Numbered from the stretch's first letter, positions 16,334 through 30,188 are shown. The stretch is 64,000 bases of DNA from Octopus vulgaris (GCA_951406725.2 OX597814.1:99138001-99202000); one strand, 5' to 3'. The notes: generated by a model from the letters alone, not told the origin. Made by a program: numbers and translations.

Positions 16334-17599
16334 TTGGGCTGTCCGGAAAGTTTATGCCGACTTTTAAAGGAAAGAAAAAGGTCAATAAATACTTGCTATT
16401 ACATTTTTAATCAACCAAATATGAACCATTTTATTGCACAATGCATCTCCATCTTTCCTTTAACTTGAAAATACCCTCTTCCCAGAATTGAGGTGGTTTC
16501 ATTGCAAAGAATTCATCAAGGTATCTTTTTAGGTCATCCAAGGAATTGAAACTTTTACCATTAAGACTATTCTGCAGAGACCAGAATAAATGGAAATCCG
16601 AGGGGACAATATCTGGTGAATATGGAGGGTGGGGTAACACATCCCAGCCGAGCTGCAGCAATTTTTCTCTGATTCCCAAAGAAAGGTGCGGTCTTGCATT
16701 ATTATGTTGGAAAACAACACCCTTCCTGTTGGCCAATTCTGGATTTTTCTCATGAATTGCTGCTTTTAACTGGTCCAGTTGTGTGCAGTATTTCTCAGAA
16801 GTAATTGTCTGGTTACTTGGGAGAAACTCATAGTACAGAATTCCTTTCCAATATCAGACACAAAGCAAGACTTTTTAAGGTGAAGACCCGCTTTTGGGGT
16901 GGCTAAGGGTGGCTTATGTCGTTCACTCCAGGATCGCTTTCTCTGAACATTTCGGTAGATAATCCATTTCTCATCACCTGTCACAATTTGCTTTAAAAAG
17001 ACGTGTTTTCATTCCGTTTATAAAGCGAATCACAGATGGAAATGCGATCCAAAAGGTTCTTCTCACTCAACTTATGTGGTACCCAAACATCGTATCGATT
17101 TGTGTACCCAAGCTTTACCAGGTGCACATAAACGACGGATCTTGATAGGTTGAGGCTTTCTACCAATTCTCGGGTTGTGCAATGTGGGTTATTCTCAATT
17201 AATGACTTGATTTGGTCATCATCTGTAGTGGATGGTCCACCTGATCGTTCATTATGAATAAGACTACAATCTCCAGCTCGGAACCTTGCGAACCACTTCC
17301 GTACAGTTCTTTCGGATAAAGAAACATCACCGTAAACTGCGCATATTTCTTTGGTTGCTTGTGAGGCATTTTCCCTTTACGGAAAGAGAAAAGCATCAAG
17401 CGCCGAAAAGGAAATTTCTTACCTTCCATTTTAAGGGTTACATAATTATCACAGGAACATAAACTTTCTTCCACGAAATGATAGCTTAAACTATGCTTTA
17501 AATGGAGGTGTAGTCAAATCCTATTTTATAGACTCAACCATATTCTAAAATAAGTCGAAAGGTAAGCTACTATAAATCGGCTCGAACTTTCCGGACAAC

Positions 17600-17602
<3 letters not shown>
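16334..17602 (-). mobile_element. Full-length mariner (DD34D-type) transposon with defective transposase
   Basis: TIRs TGGGCTGTCCGGAAAGTTTATGCCGA and (reverse complement) TGGGTTGTCCGGAAAGTTCGAGCCGA, flanked by TA; about 1.27 kb. Motifs TGDEKW, HNNARPH (second catalytic D changed to N) and YSPDIVPSDFHLF; several frameshifts. Confidence 0.95.
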
Positions 17603-17664
<62 letters not shown>

Positions 17665-17671
<7 letters not shown>

Positions 17672-18181
17672 TATTGAATTTCTAAATGTCTCAACGAGAT
17701 GAGCGACGGTGGAGCGATAGAGTGGTTGTATACAGTCAACATAACGTGACTTTATACATCGATGCTTCCTGTCGGCTTTGACACGTTTGCTGTGTCCTTA
17801 TATTTGCAAAGGGGAGGTAAGCACCCCACCAGATAGAAGTAGCAGCCTGGAGACATGCATGTTTCTGGGTCTTGCCCGTCGTCAGTCCAGGGTAGCGTGT
17901 CCTCACTAGCGGTGATACTTACCAAGCCTTCGTAAATATATGTATTTACAGTGAAATTTATTCACTGGTCACCGTAATTAGAAATATTGAATTTCTAAAT
18001 GTCTCGACGAGACATGAACGGTTGCTAGTTCTAGCTGGTGGGGTTGCTTGCCTCCCCTTTGCAAATATAAGGACACAGCAAATGTGTCAAAGCCGACAGG
18101 AAGCGTCGATGCTTCCTAGGACTACATAGCGGTGGTGTAATTCCCTCTACGGGACTGTCATGTTATGTTGACTTTATACAA

Positions 18182-18188
<7 letters not shown>
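17665..18188. mobile_element. Penelope-like pLTR remnant with direct and inverted repeats
   Basis: Inverted repeat about 17719-17847 vs 18020-18188. Direct repeat TTAGAAATATTGAATTTCTAAATGTCTC at 17665 and 17978. Internal hammerhead motif; flanked by (TA)n and (CT)n. Confidence 0.7.
17846..17891 (-). ncRNA. Minimal type I hammerhead ribozyme, canonical core
   Basis: cctgga CTGACGA cggg-caaga-ccca GAAAC ATGCAT GTC tccagg: 6-bp stem I, short stem II, palindromic stem III ACATGCATGT, GUC site. Confidence 0.85.
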
Positions 18189-18266
<78 letters not shown>

Positions 18267-18280
18267 AGGATATATACATG

Positions 18281-18311
<31 letters not shown>

Positions 18312-18359
18312 GTATGTATTTAGTTATACGTATGTATATTTGCATATATGTATATTATT

Positions 18360-18531
18360 TACAGTTCTATATTTAAGAGATTAGGAATTAGGTACATTAT
18401 TTACATTTGATGAATATTTGTCCTCATCTTGTTTCGTGTTAACACAACATTTCGTCTGATATACCCTCCAGCCTTCATCAGGTGTCTTGGGGGAAATTTC
18501 GAACCTAGTTCTTTCCTAAGTATTTTTCGAT
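18360..18531 (-). mobile_element. Short hammerhead-bearing element adjacent to (AAT)n (hammerhead 18441-18486)
   Basis: Reverse complement gacac CTGATGA a ggctg-gagggtatat-cagac GAAAT GT T gtgtt. Inverted copy at 18941-19095. Confidence 0.75.
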
Positions 18532-18543
18532 ATTATTATTATA

Positions 18544-18608
<65 letters not shown>

Positions 18609-18734
18609 CATTATTATTATTTTATTTGAAGGGTTCATGTCTTGGGGGAAATTTCGAACCTGGGTTCTTATTCCTGGCTATGATGCTCCCCCACTACTTC
18701 TGCTCGTGATCAGAGATCCATAGGTATTTTTCGA

Positions 18735-18856
<122 letters not shown>

Positions 18857-18882
18857 CCAATAGAATAAATCTTAGGCAGTGA

Positions 18883-18940
<58 letters not shown>

Positions 18941-18944
<4 letters not shown>

Positions 18945-19095
18945 TCGAAAAATACCTTAGAAATGAGAACTCAGGTTTGAAATTTCCCTGAGACACCTGA
19001 TGAAAGGTGGAGGGTATATCAGCTGAAACGTTGTGTTAACAACAAACAAGATTAGGGAAAATATCCATCAAATGTAAATAATATAAATAATGTAT
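18941..19095 (+). mobile_element. Second, inverted copy of the (AAT)n-associated hammerhead element (hammerhead 18992-19037)
   Basis: gacac CTGATGA aaggtggagggtatatcagct GAAAC GT T gtgtt; begins directly after (AAT)n. Confidence 0.75.
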
Positions 19096-19329
19096 ATTTT
19101 AATATTTATATTATTATATGATTGAACGCCATGCATCCATTTCCAAGTAATTTTATCTTTCATATATATATATCATTATTCTTGTTGCTTATTTTGATTA
19201 TAATCACCCCATGGATTTATATGGATAACACCATACAGAATTCTGGTGCATCCAATTTAAGTACCATCTCCTTTTTTCTCTCCCTTTTTTTCTCTCCTTA
19301 TTTTTCCTTTCCTTTTTTCTCTCCTTGTT

Positions 19330-19478
19330 TTTTTTCTCTGTGTACCTTTCTGTCGAAGAGCGTAGGCTCGAAACGTAAAACACTTTTTCTCTATTCCTGA
19401 GCGCTATACTAATACATTTGTTTGTTTGTACTCCACCTGCCTTCGTCTTTTGTTTATTTTCGTAAACTTTCCCTTTAC
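19330..19478 (+). mobile_element. (TA)n-terminating short element with variant hammerhead (19347-19380)
   Basis: ttt CTGTCGA a gag-cgtagg-ctc GAAAC GT A aaa. Same family as 37936-38130 and 49900-50130. Confidence 0.7.
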
Positions 19479-19491
19479 ACTATATATATAA

Positions 19492-19593
<102 letters not shown>

Positions 19594-19614
19594 GTATATA
19601 TATATATATGTATG

Positions 19615-19691
<77 letters not shown>

Positions 19692-19703
19692 ATACATACA
19701 TAC

Positions 19704-19743
<40 letters not shown>

Positions 19744-19752
19744 CATACATAG

Positions 19753-19809
<57 letters not shown>

Positions 19810-20389
19810 AAGAAAAGGGAGAGTGAGTGAAAGAAAGACTGAATACATTGGAGTTTGTACGTAACCTATATTAGTTTTGTCTTCGTATTTTTGTTGAATA
19901 TGCTGTTCTCTTTCGATTATCAATAACACATGAAAGAAAGATAATTCATATTTTATTTAGAACACATAAATTCATTTTAGGTCTCTAGCTGATTACCAAA
20001 ACGTGATCTATCATGTTCTTACTTGGATAGCGTAAGTTTTTGAGGCTATCGGAGACTTATATATTGGCTCACTAATTATTAAATGACTTTATTATGTATA
20101 TGTTCTTATGTATTCATCATCGATATTGGTTTGAATATGTTTAGACATAATAGCAGCATTTATATCTGTTACCCAACATACATACATATACTAACATACA
20201 CTTCTGTACCCCTATGCAGAGACAAGTATTTACACATCTATCATTTACAAATGTAAATAATTATTTTTTCATTTTTATATATCTATGCATAAATGTAACA
20301 TACAGTTTGTCTTTCAATACACGGGAGCTCATATACGATTAAACATCGTTGCAATGTGCGTTTTCTATCGGAATGGAAGAAGTAGAGCA

Positions 20390-20457
<68 letters not shown>

Positions 20458-20466
20458 GAGACAGAC

Positions 20467-20509
<43 letters not shown>

Positions 20510-20882
20510 GAGAGACAGAGAGAGTTACAGTGATTTACACGTATGACAGAATCGTCGCTGATAATTAGCAAGCTCATGTTTCGATTCTAGACGGTGATTC
20601 TGTTAATTTTTATTCCGTTAAAGCTGTACTTTATCCGATATATATTACGAGCTGGCAGAATCGTTACAGACTCAGCTTCGTCAAACAACCGTGATACACA
20701 GTACATATAGAAAAATCTTAGTGTGCTTCCTTGCAGTATCTGATACGAATTACCGGTTATTTTAAACTTATAAAAACTTATATTTAAGGTTGTGATTATA
20801 TAAAATACAATAAATAGTTGCAAAAATCCGTGCATATGTCATTTATATTGGCTGTGAAAAGGCATAGGCTTGGCTGTGAAAA

Positions 20883-21250
20883 GGCATAGGCCTGGTTGTG
20901 TGGTCAAGAAGTTTGCTTTGCTACCACATGGATTCGGTTTCAGTCTAACTGAATCGTACCTTGGACAAGTGTCTTCTATCAGTATCGAACCGATTGACAC
21001 CTTGTAATTAAATTTGGTAGAATGAAACTACATGGAAGCCAGTCGTATATGTGTGTGTCTTGGTGATTGTGTTTCTCTCTCCCGCTTGTCAACCAGTGCT
21101 GGTTTCTTTACGGTCTCGTTGCATAGCGGTTCGGCAAAAGATATTGATACAATAAATGCCAAACTTAAATAAATGATAGCACTTGCGTCGATTTGTTCAA
21201 TTAAAACCCTTCAATGCAGTTATTCTGCATGACTGCAGTCCAATAGCTGG
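20883..21250 (+). mobile_element. Degenerate CORE-type SINE (family A)
   Basis: GGTTGTGTGGTCAAGAAGTTTGCTT..ACCTTGGACAAGTGTCTTCTA..TAGCGGTTCGGCAAAAGA, colinear with 42557-42960. Confidence 0.75.
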
Positions 21251-21951
21251 CGTTATATATACAAGCATACATGCAGCGTAAATAGAACTATCCTCACATA
21301 TTGTTCCAAAATAGAACTATGCTCTCTCTCTCTCTCTCACACACACACGCCCACAAGTATGACGAAATCATTAAGAACCTTTGGTTTGCAATCACGTATA
21401 TTGTCCCGGTTTCAAGAATACACAACGTGAATATGGGCGAGTGTTTTTTATTTTTTATTATAGTTTATGAATCAAAAGAGTTTAAATAAGAGCGACGGGC
21501 CTTGGTCCTTGTCGCAGTGTGTCACACTGATTGCAATTGAGTACAAATAAAGAGTTTACACGTACAAGTTTGTGGAATGTTCAACCAATACCATGATGGT
21601 TCAATGAGTTAAGATGTTTAATTCGACAAACAACTAAATGGTCATCCGTCGGCCTGATTTGGCGAGTTCATTATCATCACCATAATCATCATCATCATCA
21701 TATGATTGTTTGTGTGGATATATGTAGACTGGATGAGCCATAAACACTACAATAGGAATGTGTTGTATTAAATGCGTATTAATAATTGCATACCTGACTA
21801 AGTTTTCCGGAGTATAATCCATTTTTACACCTGGTTTGATTGTCAAAGAGGGAAAAAGTGTACTCAAGGAACCCAAGCAACAATCAGGACAACATTCTCT
21901 AATATCCTTGAGCATATAGTTGCAAAACTCCGAGTACATATCAGTTATATT

Positions 21952-22341
21952 CTTTTCTACTCTAGGCACAATGCTCGAAATTTTTGAGGAGGGGGCGAAG
22001 TGATTAAATCGACCCCAGTACGCAAATGGTACTTAATCTATCGACCCCGAAAGAATGAAAGGCAAAGCCGACTTCGGCGGAATTTGAACTCAGAACGTGA
22101 AGACATACGAAATACCTATTTCTTTACTACCCACAAGGGACTAAACACAGAGGGAACAAACAAGGACAGACAAACAGGTTAAGTCGATTACAGCGTAACT
22201 GGTACTTAATTTATCGACCACGAAACGATGAAAAGCAAAGTCGATCTCGGCGGAATTTGAACTCAGAACGTAACGGCAGACGAAATACGGCTACGCATTT
22301 CGCCCGGCGTGCTAGGCATTTTGCCTGGCAGCTCACAGCCT
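21952..22341 (-). mobile_element. Composite (dimeric) family-B SINE with diverged 17-bp target-site duplication
   Basis: Two units of CTGAGTTCAAATTCCGCCGA..CTTTCAT..GTCGATA joined by the Tx1-like tail (about 22118-22162). Flanks TACATATCAGTTATATT (21935-21951) and TACATATCATTCACATT (22342-22358). Confidence 0.8.
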
Positions 22342-22593
22342 TACATATCATTCACATTGGCTGTGAAAAGGTACAGACCTGGATGTTTGGTAAATAGCTT
22401 GCTTATCAACCACATCGTTCTGGGTTCAGTCTATGCTTAGAATGACCAAATATAATCACCATTGGAACTCACACAGCAGGTACAAGAAAATTTCTTCACC
22501 AAAAACGTTTTTCACCACTTATATGCACCATTCTACTTGAATAATGGAACTGCAAATACAATATCCTTATGTATCTCACTATTTTCTAGGACC

Positions 22594-22641
22594 GTCTCTG
22601 ATCAAGGTATATATAAAATATCCCGGAAACAGCTGTAAGAC
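22594..22641 (+). ncRNA. Minimal hammerhead motif with G8>C lesion, in a pLTR-like segment (about 22436-22798) ending at (TA)n
   Basis: gtct CTGATCA aggtatatataaaatatcccg GAAAC AGCT GTA agac; stem III palindrome ACAGCTGT. Confidence 0.7.
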
Positions 22642-22792
22642 ATTTTCTTCATAAATGCTTTGAAATCTATTTACTGCATTGGCTTTATTTTAAATCTCAT
22701 TCTGCATGCTTATAAATGACCCACGTTGGACTCTTCACTCTATCCATAGCACTTACCTTTTGGTTTTTTCTGACACCAATACCTTTCGTACA

Positions 22793-22841
<49 letters not shown>

Positions 22842-22890
22842 TAGATAGATAGATAGATAGATAGAGAGATATAGAGATATATAGATATAG

Positions 22891-22965
<75 letters not shown>

Positions 22966-25814
22966 CATGCATTCGAGCTCTCGCACACACTCGAATAAGA
23001 AAGTTATCTGATATTCCTTTTCCTAGGTGACTTGGTTTGTGAGCCTGAGATCGAAATAAGTGGTTATAGACATAGAAGTTGCTGTCGCGTTGATTGTAGA
23101 ACCTTGAAAATTCTGTTAGGTACAGTGTGTCGACAGAACTTCCGAATCAAATCTCATTGTTATGTTATCTTCACCAGAGAAAGGGACGACCAAACGTAAC
23201 AGACACTTGTAAATCGCAGTAACCTAACTGTGTATAACAGCCTTCACATTATATACATTAATTCACTGTTAACTTCCATCTTGTTGATTAAAACAAGATG
23301 TTTGACTAAAGAGTCGTAGATGGGAACTGAATGAAAAATTTATTTTGTCAACGTTTTAAGGAAGGGGTGCATTCGACAACCAGACTGTCCCATCCCTCTC
23401 TATCGTTCGCTCCCGCTCGTTCGCACCGCTGTTATTTTCTATATTCCGTGACGATAGGAGGTGATGGAGCATCTAATTGGTGCGGGGGATTAGACAATGA
23501 ATGCGTGGCCTATTGTATATAATGTTGCGTATAAGTATTCATACATTTTTGAGAAATATCGTTCTCATTCTTTGTACTTCCGCTATGAGTGTGTGGCCTC
23601 GTAACCGACAGTTGTAAAGCCTGGGAATGAGACCGACGGATACTTGTGCCTTATTCAAATATTTCAGTGGCATCACAAAAATTACCTAAAGATGAGAATT
23701 GAAACTGTCTTGTATAAACTATAAATACAACATCGCCGATCTACATCGGTTTTCATTATCTCCCTTCAACACGGGCTCACGACAGATTAGTTCAACGTAA
23801 TTACGATAAGATAAGTTATAATCATCCGCGTGTTTCAGAAAGGTATGCGTAGTTTTACGATAGGCTGATAATAGCTGATGAAATACAGGAACGATGACTG
23901 GTTGCACAAGGGAGAATTCACCGGGGTTTGATGGTCTACCCATCATGCTTTATCTTTTCATGCAAGACTAGTTCGGGGGACCCTTGGCAGGTATCTTCGG
24001 CGACTTAATGAAAGTATATATTGCACATAGAAATTATTTATATAAAAGAGATGAAAATAAATGTTGAAGGAATAAAGAAAAAAATTTTGTTTTGCTTTAA
24101 TTTTAATTATTGATAGTCATTCAAAATGTTATATTTATTGATTGAGATCTAAAAACAATAAATTAGGAACACCGACTCTTGGCACATCATTAATCATATT
24201 TTTGCTGGCTGTTAAAATAATGGCCTACTCATAAGCCCGGCAAAGATTTTTCTTTTCAAAATATTTTTCAAAAGCAAGTACTTAGTTTAAATATTTTATT
24301 TCTAAGAAATTCGAACAAAAACGAGTCACTCTAAACACCCAGCGCGCATAGCACCCCTTTACTTTTGCTATCCACTTCTAAGCCCACAGTACCCATCTGC
24401 GTCAGAGAGACGCTACCACTCGGGTTGAGGGTCACTACTCCAGCCACCCGTAAATCCTCAGGAAGATCATAAGCTTCTTATAGAGCTTACGAGCACATGT
24501 TTAACAGCTAGAAATTTTGCTGTGCGTCGCTAGTATGGATGCCTTCCAAATCCGTTTTTGTAGCGGTCAACGGTAACTTTCCCACCGCAGCCATATTAAG
24601 CTCCTGTACATAAGGCTCTTTCTTCCAGCTAAACGATAGCGTTGTTCTAGCTGCAGAATAATCCCTATGTGTTACTTTACGTAGGTGTGTGTTTACCTGA
24701 CTATTTTTCCTTTTCACGATAGCCACGTATCTGCTTACAAGTGTTTGTCTCTTCAAAATAAATTATTCTACCGAAGCAAACATTTTCTTTTCGTTTATCC
24801 CACAAACTTTATAAAACACTGAACTATCGAGAACATTCTTGTTCACTTACGTATGCAAAGTTATCTTAGTTGTTGAAAGTAAAAGTTCATTTCACACAGT
24901 TCTATTTTAAATGTTATATCCTTGTCCTAATTTTAATCTATTTTAATTTGCATTCTCATGCAAAGTAACGAATTGTTATTTTCAGCTATTTTACCATCAA
25001 GGTCGGAAGCGTTCTCTGTCTTTTCACTACTCTTTAAAAGTGAAAGAAAATGATATTTTTAATCAATTATTTGTGTTAACAACGGACTCAGCTTTTAATT
25101 CTCTATAGATTAATAACAATAGCGATCCAATTGTAGGCAAGAGCATACACTGTGGAAGGACGAAAGTCAGTTTCTCGATTCTGATTCTTGATTAGTGTTT
25201 AATATATTTTATTATTTTCTCAAAAACAGAATGACAAAATGCAAGATAGATATATTCAAACACAGAACGTAATGAAATCTAAGCATATAACTTTGCAGTA
25301 TATTGTATTAAACAGGCTATAATTGACATAGTTAATCCATAGCTGTATAGTTTACTGCTTCAAACAGTCTATGCTAATGCACTCTCGAGATAATAACAAT
25401 AATAACCAATTCTAACTTGGTCAAAAGCGATAATTTTGAGAAGTCTATAATCGACACAGTTAATTCAGTACTTGATAGGTATTTATCTCATGGATTCCCC
25501 ACTCCCATCCCGAATAAGGAAAGGCATGAACAACCTCAGAGAATATTGAACTCAGAAAGTAAAAGGATGAAACCAAGTATTGTAAGGCATTTTATCGTGC
25601 AATCTAGAGTTTTGCCATTTCACCGCTTTAAAAAACAACATTAATAATAAAGAAGTGGATTCTGTCATAAAATGAAATTAACGTAATGTAGATACGAAAC
25701 TATTATGTTCATATACCACCTCTTCAAAGAAGAGATTCTATATATTGCTATCGCAAAGTGTGAAAATTTGAAAATATAAATGGCGCCTACACACATGCAC
25801 TTATATATATATAC

Positions 25815-25893
<79 letters not shown>

Positions 25894-26725
25894 TATGTAT
25901 ATATATATATATATATATACATACATATATATATATATATATATAATATATATATATATACAAATATATATATAATTTATATGTTTGTGTGTACATATAC
26001 ATGTTTGTATGTATATATGTATGTATATATATATATAGTGAGAAACTAAATCGCATCATAACTTCAGTAAGTGTCGAAGTTCAATTTCCGGTTTAACTAT
26101 ATAATCCAAAGCGTTTCAAAGGTCGTTTTCCCTTTCTTATTTCACGGAGGGAAAATAGTTTTTATTCGTACTTAAGATAAATCCTAATGAATATCATAGA
26201 ATGTCTCTCCACTGCATAATATTTTCATTTTTTGAGATTTTCATGGAGAGTGAGCGTAGGTGGGGGTGTGTGTTTTCTTTATTTATTGATTGACGGTGTT
26301 CCTCCCGTTTGTCGTTATGGCATTATATTATGAGTTTTGCGATTGTGGTAGTGGTGGTGATCGACATGTTGGTAGTGGTGGAGGTGGTGGTTGTGGAAGC
26401 GATGGCACAGACAATGAGCGGATGATAATTGAATCAAGGATATATTTTATAATACAACCTTTGCCGGAGTCATGTTAAATGGTTTCTTGACAGCGAATGG
26501 AAACAAAAAAATAAATAAATAAATAAATAAATAAATAAATGTATTAAAACCTGGTTGTTGGAATGGAGCTGGCAAGGTCAATATTGTTCTGGTTATTGCT
26601 TCGATATTATTTACCTATTTTTATGAGCTACGTAGACACAAGCAAGCATATACACACAATCGATCACACATATTTGCACACAATACAACTCCAAACGAGA
26701 GCCTTTTTCTTCTCTACTACATATA

Positions 26726-26770
<45 letters not shown>

Positions 26771-27225
26771 ACACATACACTCGTATATACATCAGGATAC
26801 ATGGAGATACGTATAACAGCCATATATGCGAATAATGTGTAAAGATCTGTATAGCTATTCTGGCTATATATATATTTGAAACAAAAACGTAGAGTCTTAT
26901 GCCTATACGTACATAACTAAATACGCATGTGTGGATTTTTCTGTAAATGCTCTGTCGGTATAAGAGAAAATATGTATTTTATCAGCCCTAATGCTCACTC
27001 AAAATGCGCAAACTGCACATCGTTGTATTTTAATGTTGTATTTAAATTAAATTATTGCCTTACATACAATACAGAAATCGGGTCGAAGCACTCAGAAATA
27101 ACAGCTGAAATTGATTTTGAAGAAAAAAATGTGAGAATAAATACTGAATAACAATAGCCACATAAAAGGGTGTACAATAAAATGCATGCATAGAAATATG
27201 TATGTGTATATAAGTATATAATATA

Positions 27226-27266
<41 letters not shown>

Positions 27267-27341
27267 TGCGTATATATTCCTTTTTATTAAACATTAAACT
27301 GAATTAATACTTTTTAGTAGGGCACATGTTTATTGAACTTC

Positions 27342-27392
<51 letters not shown>

Positions 27393-27749
27393 GTATATAC
27401 ACTTAGGAGCCGAGTCACGTTCATAACACTATGGACGGAAATATCTGCATTTGATTAACTTTTTTTTACGTCGTACTGATTAAAAAATCCCTATACACAG
27501 GTATTGAGATCCATTCCTCCTTATTCTGCTGCTCAGATCGCAGGCAGACAAAGACGTATACATGTGTCTGCATCTGTGAGTGTGTATGGAGAAAAGATGG
27601 TATTCACTGACGAAATAGCAACATATTTTATAAGATGCATTGTTGTCCAATCGTTCAAGAACAGTGTATTATTTATTTTCACATATAATATATGAATAGT
27701 AATTAATTATTCTTTACTTAACAGCTTTGATAATAAGTGTTGAAAAAAT

Positions 27750-28150
27750 TTCAATTAGAGCCACTTTACGCTATCTGTGGAAAAAGGAGCTGGATGTAAG
27801 AGCAGCGGCAAAAGAAATTAACGATATGGAAGGCCCTGCAAAAGTCAAGATTTTGTGTGGAAGAAAGCTGGTTCAAACATTTCAGGAAAGGTAACAGCAG
27901 CCTCCAAGACAAGCCAAGGTTAGGAAGACACTATGTTGTAGAAGATATCTTACCTTTCTTGTGCAAGATATCGGCAGAGCATTGTCTTTCACAAAGCACA
28001 ATTGATAGACCCTTTCATAAGATCGGTCTTGTGCATGAACCGACCGATAGCCAGGCGCAATGTCCTGTGAATATTTGCAAACAGCTGCTGGCAAACCTTC
28101 GAAATGTCCGTTTCTTGTATCGAATTGCACTGGGGATAATGCCGGGATCT
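27750..28150 (+). mobile_element. Degenerate mariner transposase N-terminal remnant
   Basis: WFKHFRKGNSSLQDKPRLGR matches the mariner HTH/GRP linker pattern WFxxFRxGxxxLxDxPRxGRP. Confidence 0.7.
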
Positions 28151-28344
28151 CTTTTCGTAACATTCGGGTACAAACATTACAGTATGCAATGCAATGCTCG
28201 CCCACAGTTATTGACTGCGGCGTGTCATCATACAGCGAAACAGCTCTTGCTACTGGATGTACATTAGGGATTCCAGAGTATCCGTAGATTTTATATAAAT
28301 AGATAAATGATACAAAATGGAATGAACGACATTATTTATTTAAA

Positions 28345-28407
28345 ATCGCTACAGTTGCTTCGACATATTATTACAATGTAAAAATGTGTCGAAGCAATTG
28401 TGGTGAT
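28345..28407. repeat. Small hairpin (about 23-bp arms)
   Basis: ATCGCTACAGTTGCTTCGACATA ... TGTGTCGAAGCAATTGTGGTGAT. Confidence 0.75.
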
Positions 28408-28656
28408 CATTCAAATTTTTATTTATTAGTTAGAAATTATACATACACACACATATATGTATGTATGTCTGTATGTATGTATGTATGTATGTATGTATGT
28501 ATGTATGTATGTATGTATGTATGTATATCAATCTATATCTATATACACACATATGTATATACATATATATCTATCAATCTATCTATATCTCTCTCTCTCT
28601 CTATATATATATATATACACACATACTTCGTTTTGACATAATGACTCTCCCTAGTC

Positions 28657-28794
<138 letters not shown>

Positions 28795-28969
28795 TGTGTG
28801 TGTGTATGCGTGTGTGTGTGAATGACTCGGATGCAGGAGATCTGGGCGAATGCCTTAGTCTGCAAAATTAATTAATAAATGAATTTATTAATCTAATTTA
28901 CAAATCGCTATATTTATCCCTTTCATTACTTCATTTACACAAAAAATAACATTACATAACAAACTTATG

Positions 28970-29420
28970 AATGTGAGAACAGATAAAACTGCGTCAGTTA
29001 AGGCTGATATTAAACAAAATAAGAAGACTATTGAAAAAGTTTTTTCTTCTTAGTAGAGTCTAAGAGATGAATGTCACCCAAGGTCAATCTATCAAAATGT
29101 TCGAATGCAACCACGGAACGAAACAGACATAAGAATAACAACATGCATTAATTACACAAGACAACTGGCAGATTCAGTTCAATGTGAGAACAAATGTGAG
29201 AACAGATAAAAACTGCGTCAGTTAAGGATGATATTAAGCAAAAAAGATTATTGAAATCTTTTTTTTTTCTTCTTAGCAGAGTGTAGGGAAGAGAAATGAA
29301 TGTCGCCCAAGGTCAATCTATCAAAGTGCCTGAACGGCAGAATACAACCACGGAACGAAATAGACATAAAATTAACAACATGCACCTATTACGAGACAAC
29401 TGGCAGATTCGGTTCAACGT
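28970..29420. repeat. Diverged tandem duplication, about 220-bp unit x2
   Basis: AATGTGAGAACAGATAAAACTGCGTCAGTTAAGG..ACAACTGGCAGATTC.GTTCAA starts at 28970 and again at 29193. Confidence 0.9.
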
Positions 29421-29452
29421 TTTAGATAAAAAGAAACCGTTTTCCTTGCAAG

Positions 29453-29517
<65 letters not shown>

Positions 29518-29779
29518 ATATTGGAAATCTGCAACGGCTCCATAGCTACTGTCTCAGCTATTACCTTGGAGCCCTAGTAATCCGTTACAGCACTTACCTA
29601 GCTTTCATAATCCTTTAGATCACCTGTGAACTAAACCCCTATACTTTGTACATATATATGTATATATAAATATTTATACACAGTATGTATATGTATACAA
29701 TATATTGTATATATATATATATATACACATATGCATATGCTTATATGTACATATATATGCATATGTATATATATATATG

Positions 29780-29821
<42 letters not shown>

Positions 29822-29871
29822 TGCATGTACATGCATATACGTACATACATATTTATGTATATTTATTTGTG

Positions 29872-29904
<33 letters not shown>

Positions 29905-30188
29905 GTGTGTGTACGTATATATATAAATATGATATATGATACATATATATATATATTTATATGTATGTATACATATACAGAGAGAGAGAGAGAGAGAAAA
30001 AAGGAGAGAGAAATATGGATAGCTGTCTACTTGTGTTTCTGTGTATATATGTATATATATCTAAGTTTACATATTCACACACATGAATGTATGTATGCAC
30101 GTAGGTGTATATATATATGCACAGACACACACACGCACACACACGCACACACACACACGCACACACACACACACCCATACACCCCCCC

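Noticed and set aside
23560-24010. Possible very old Tc1/Tc3-type transposase remnant
   Set aside because: Only a vague resemblance; no catalytic motif or TIR could be read with confidence.
24508-24756. 82-aa non-repetitive ORF in a GC-richer patch
   Set aside because: No recognisable motif and no convincing splice context.
28970-29420. CRISPR-like repeat-spacer array
   Set aside because: Only two long diverged units, no constant short repeat with unique spacers, eukaryotic context and no cas genes.
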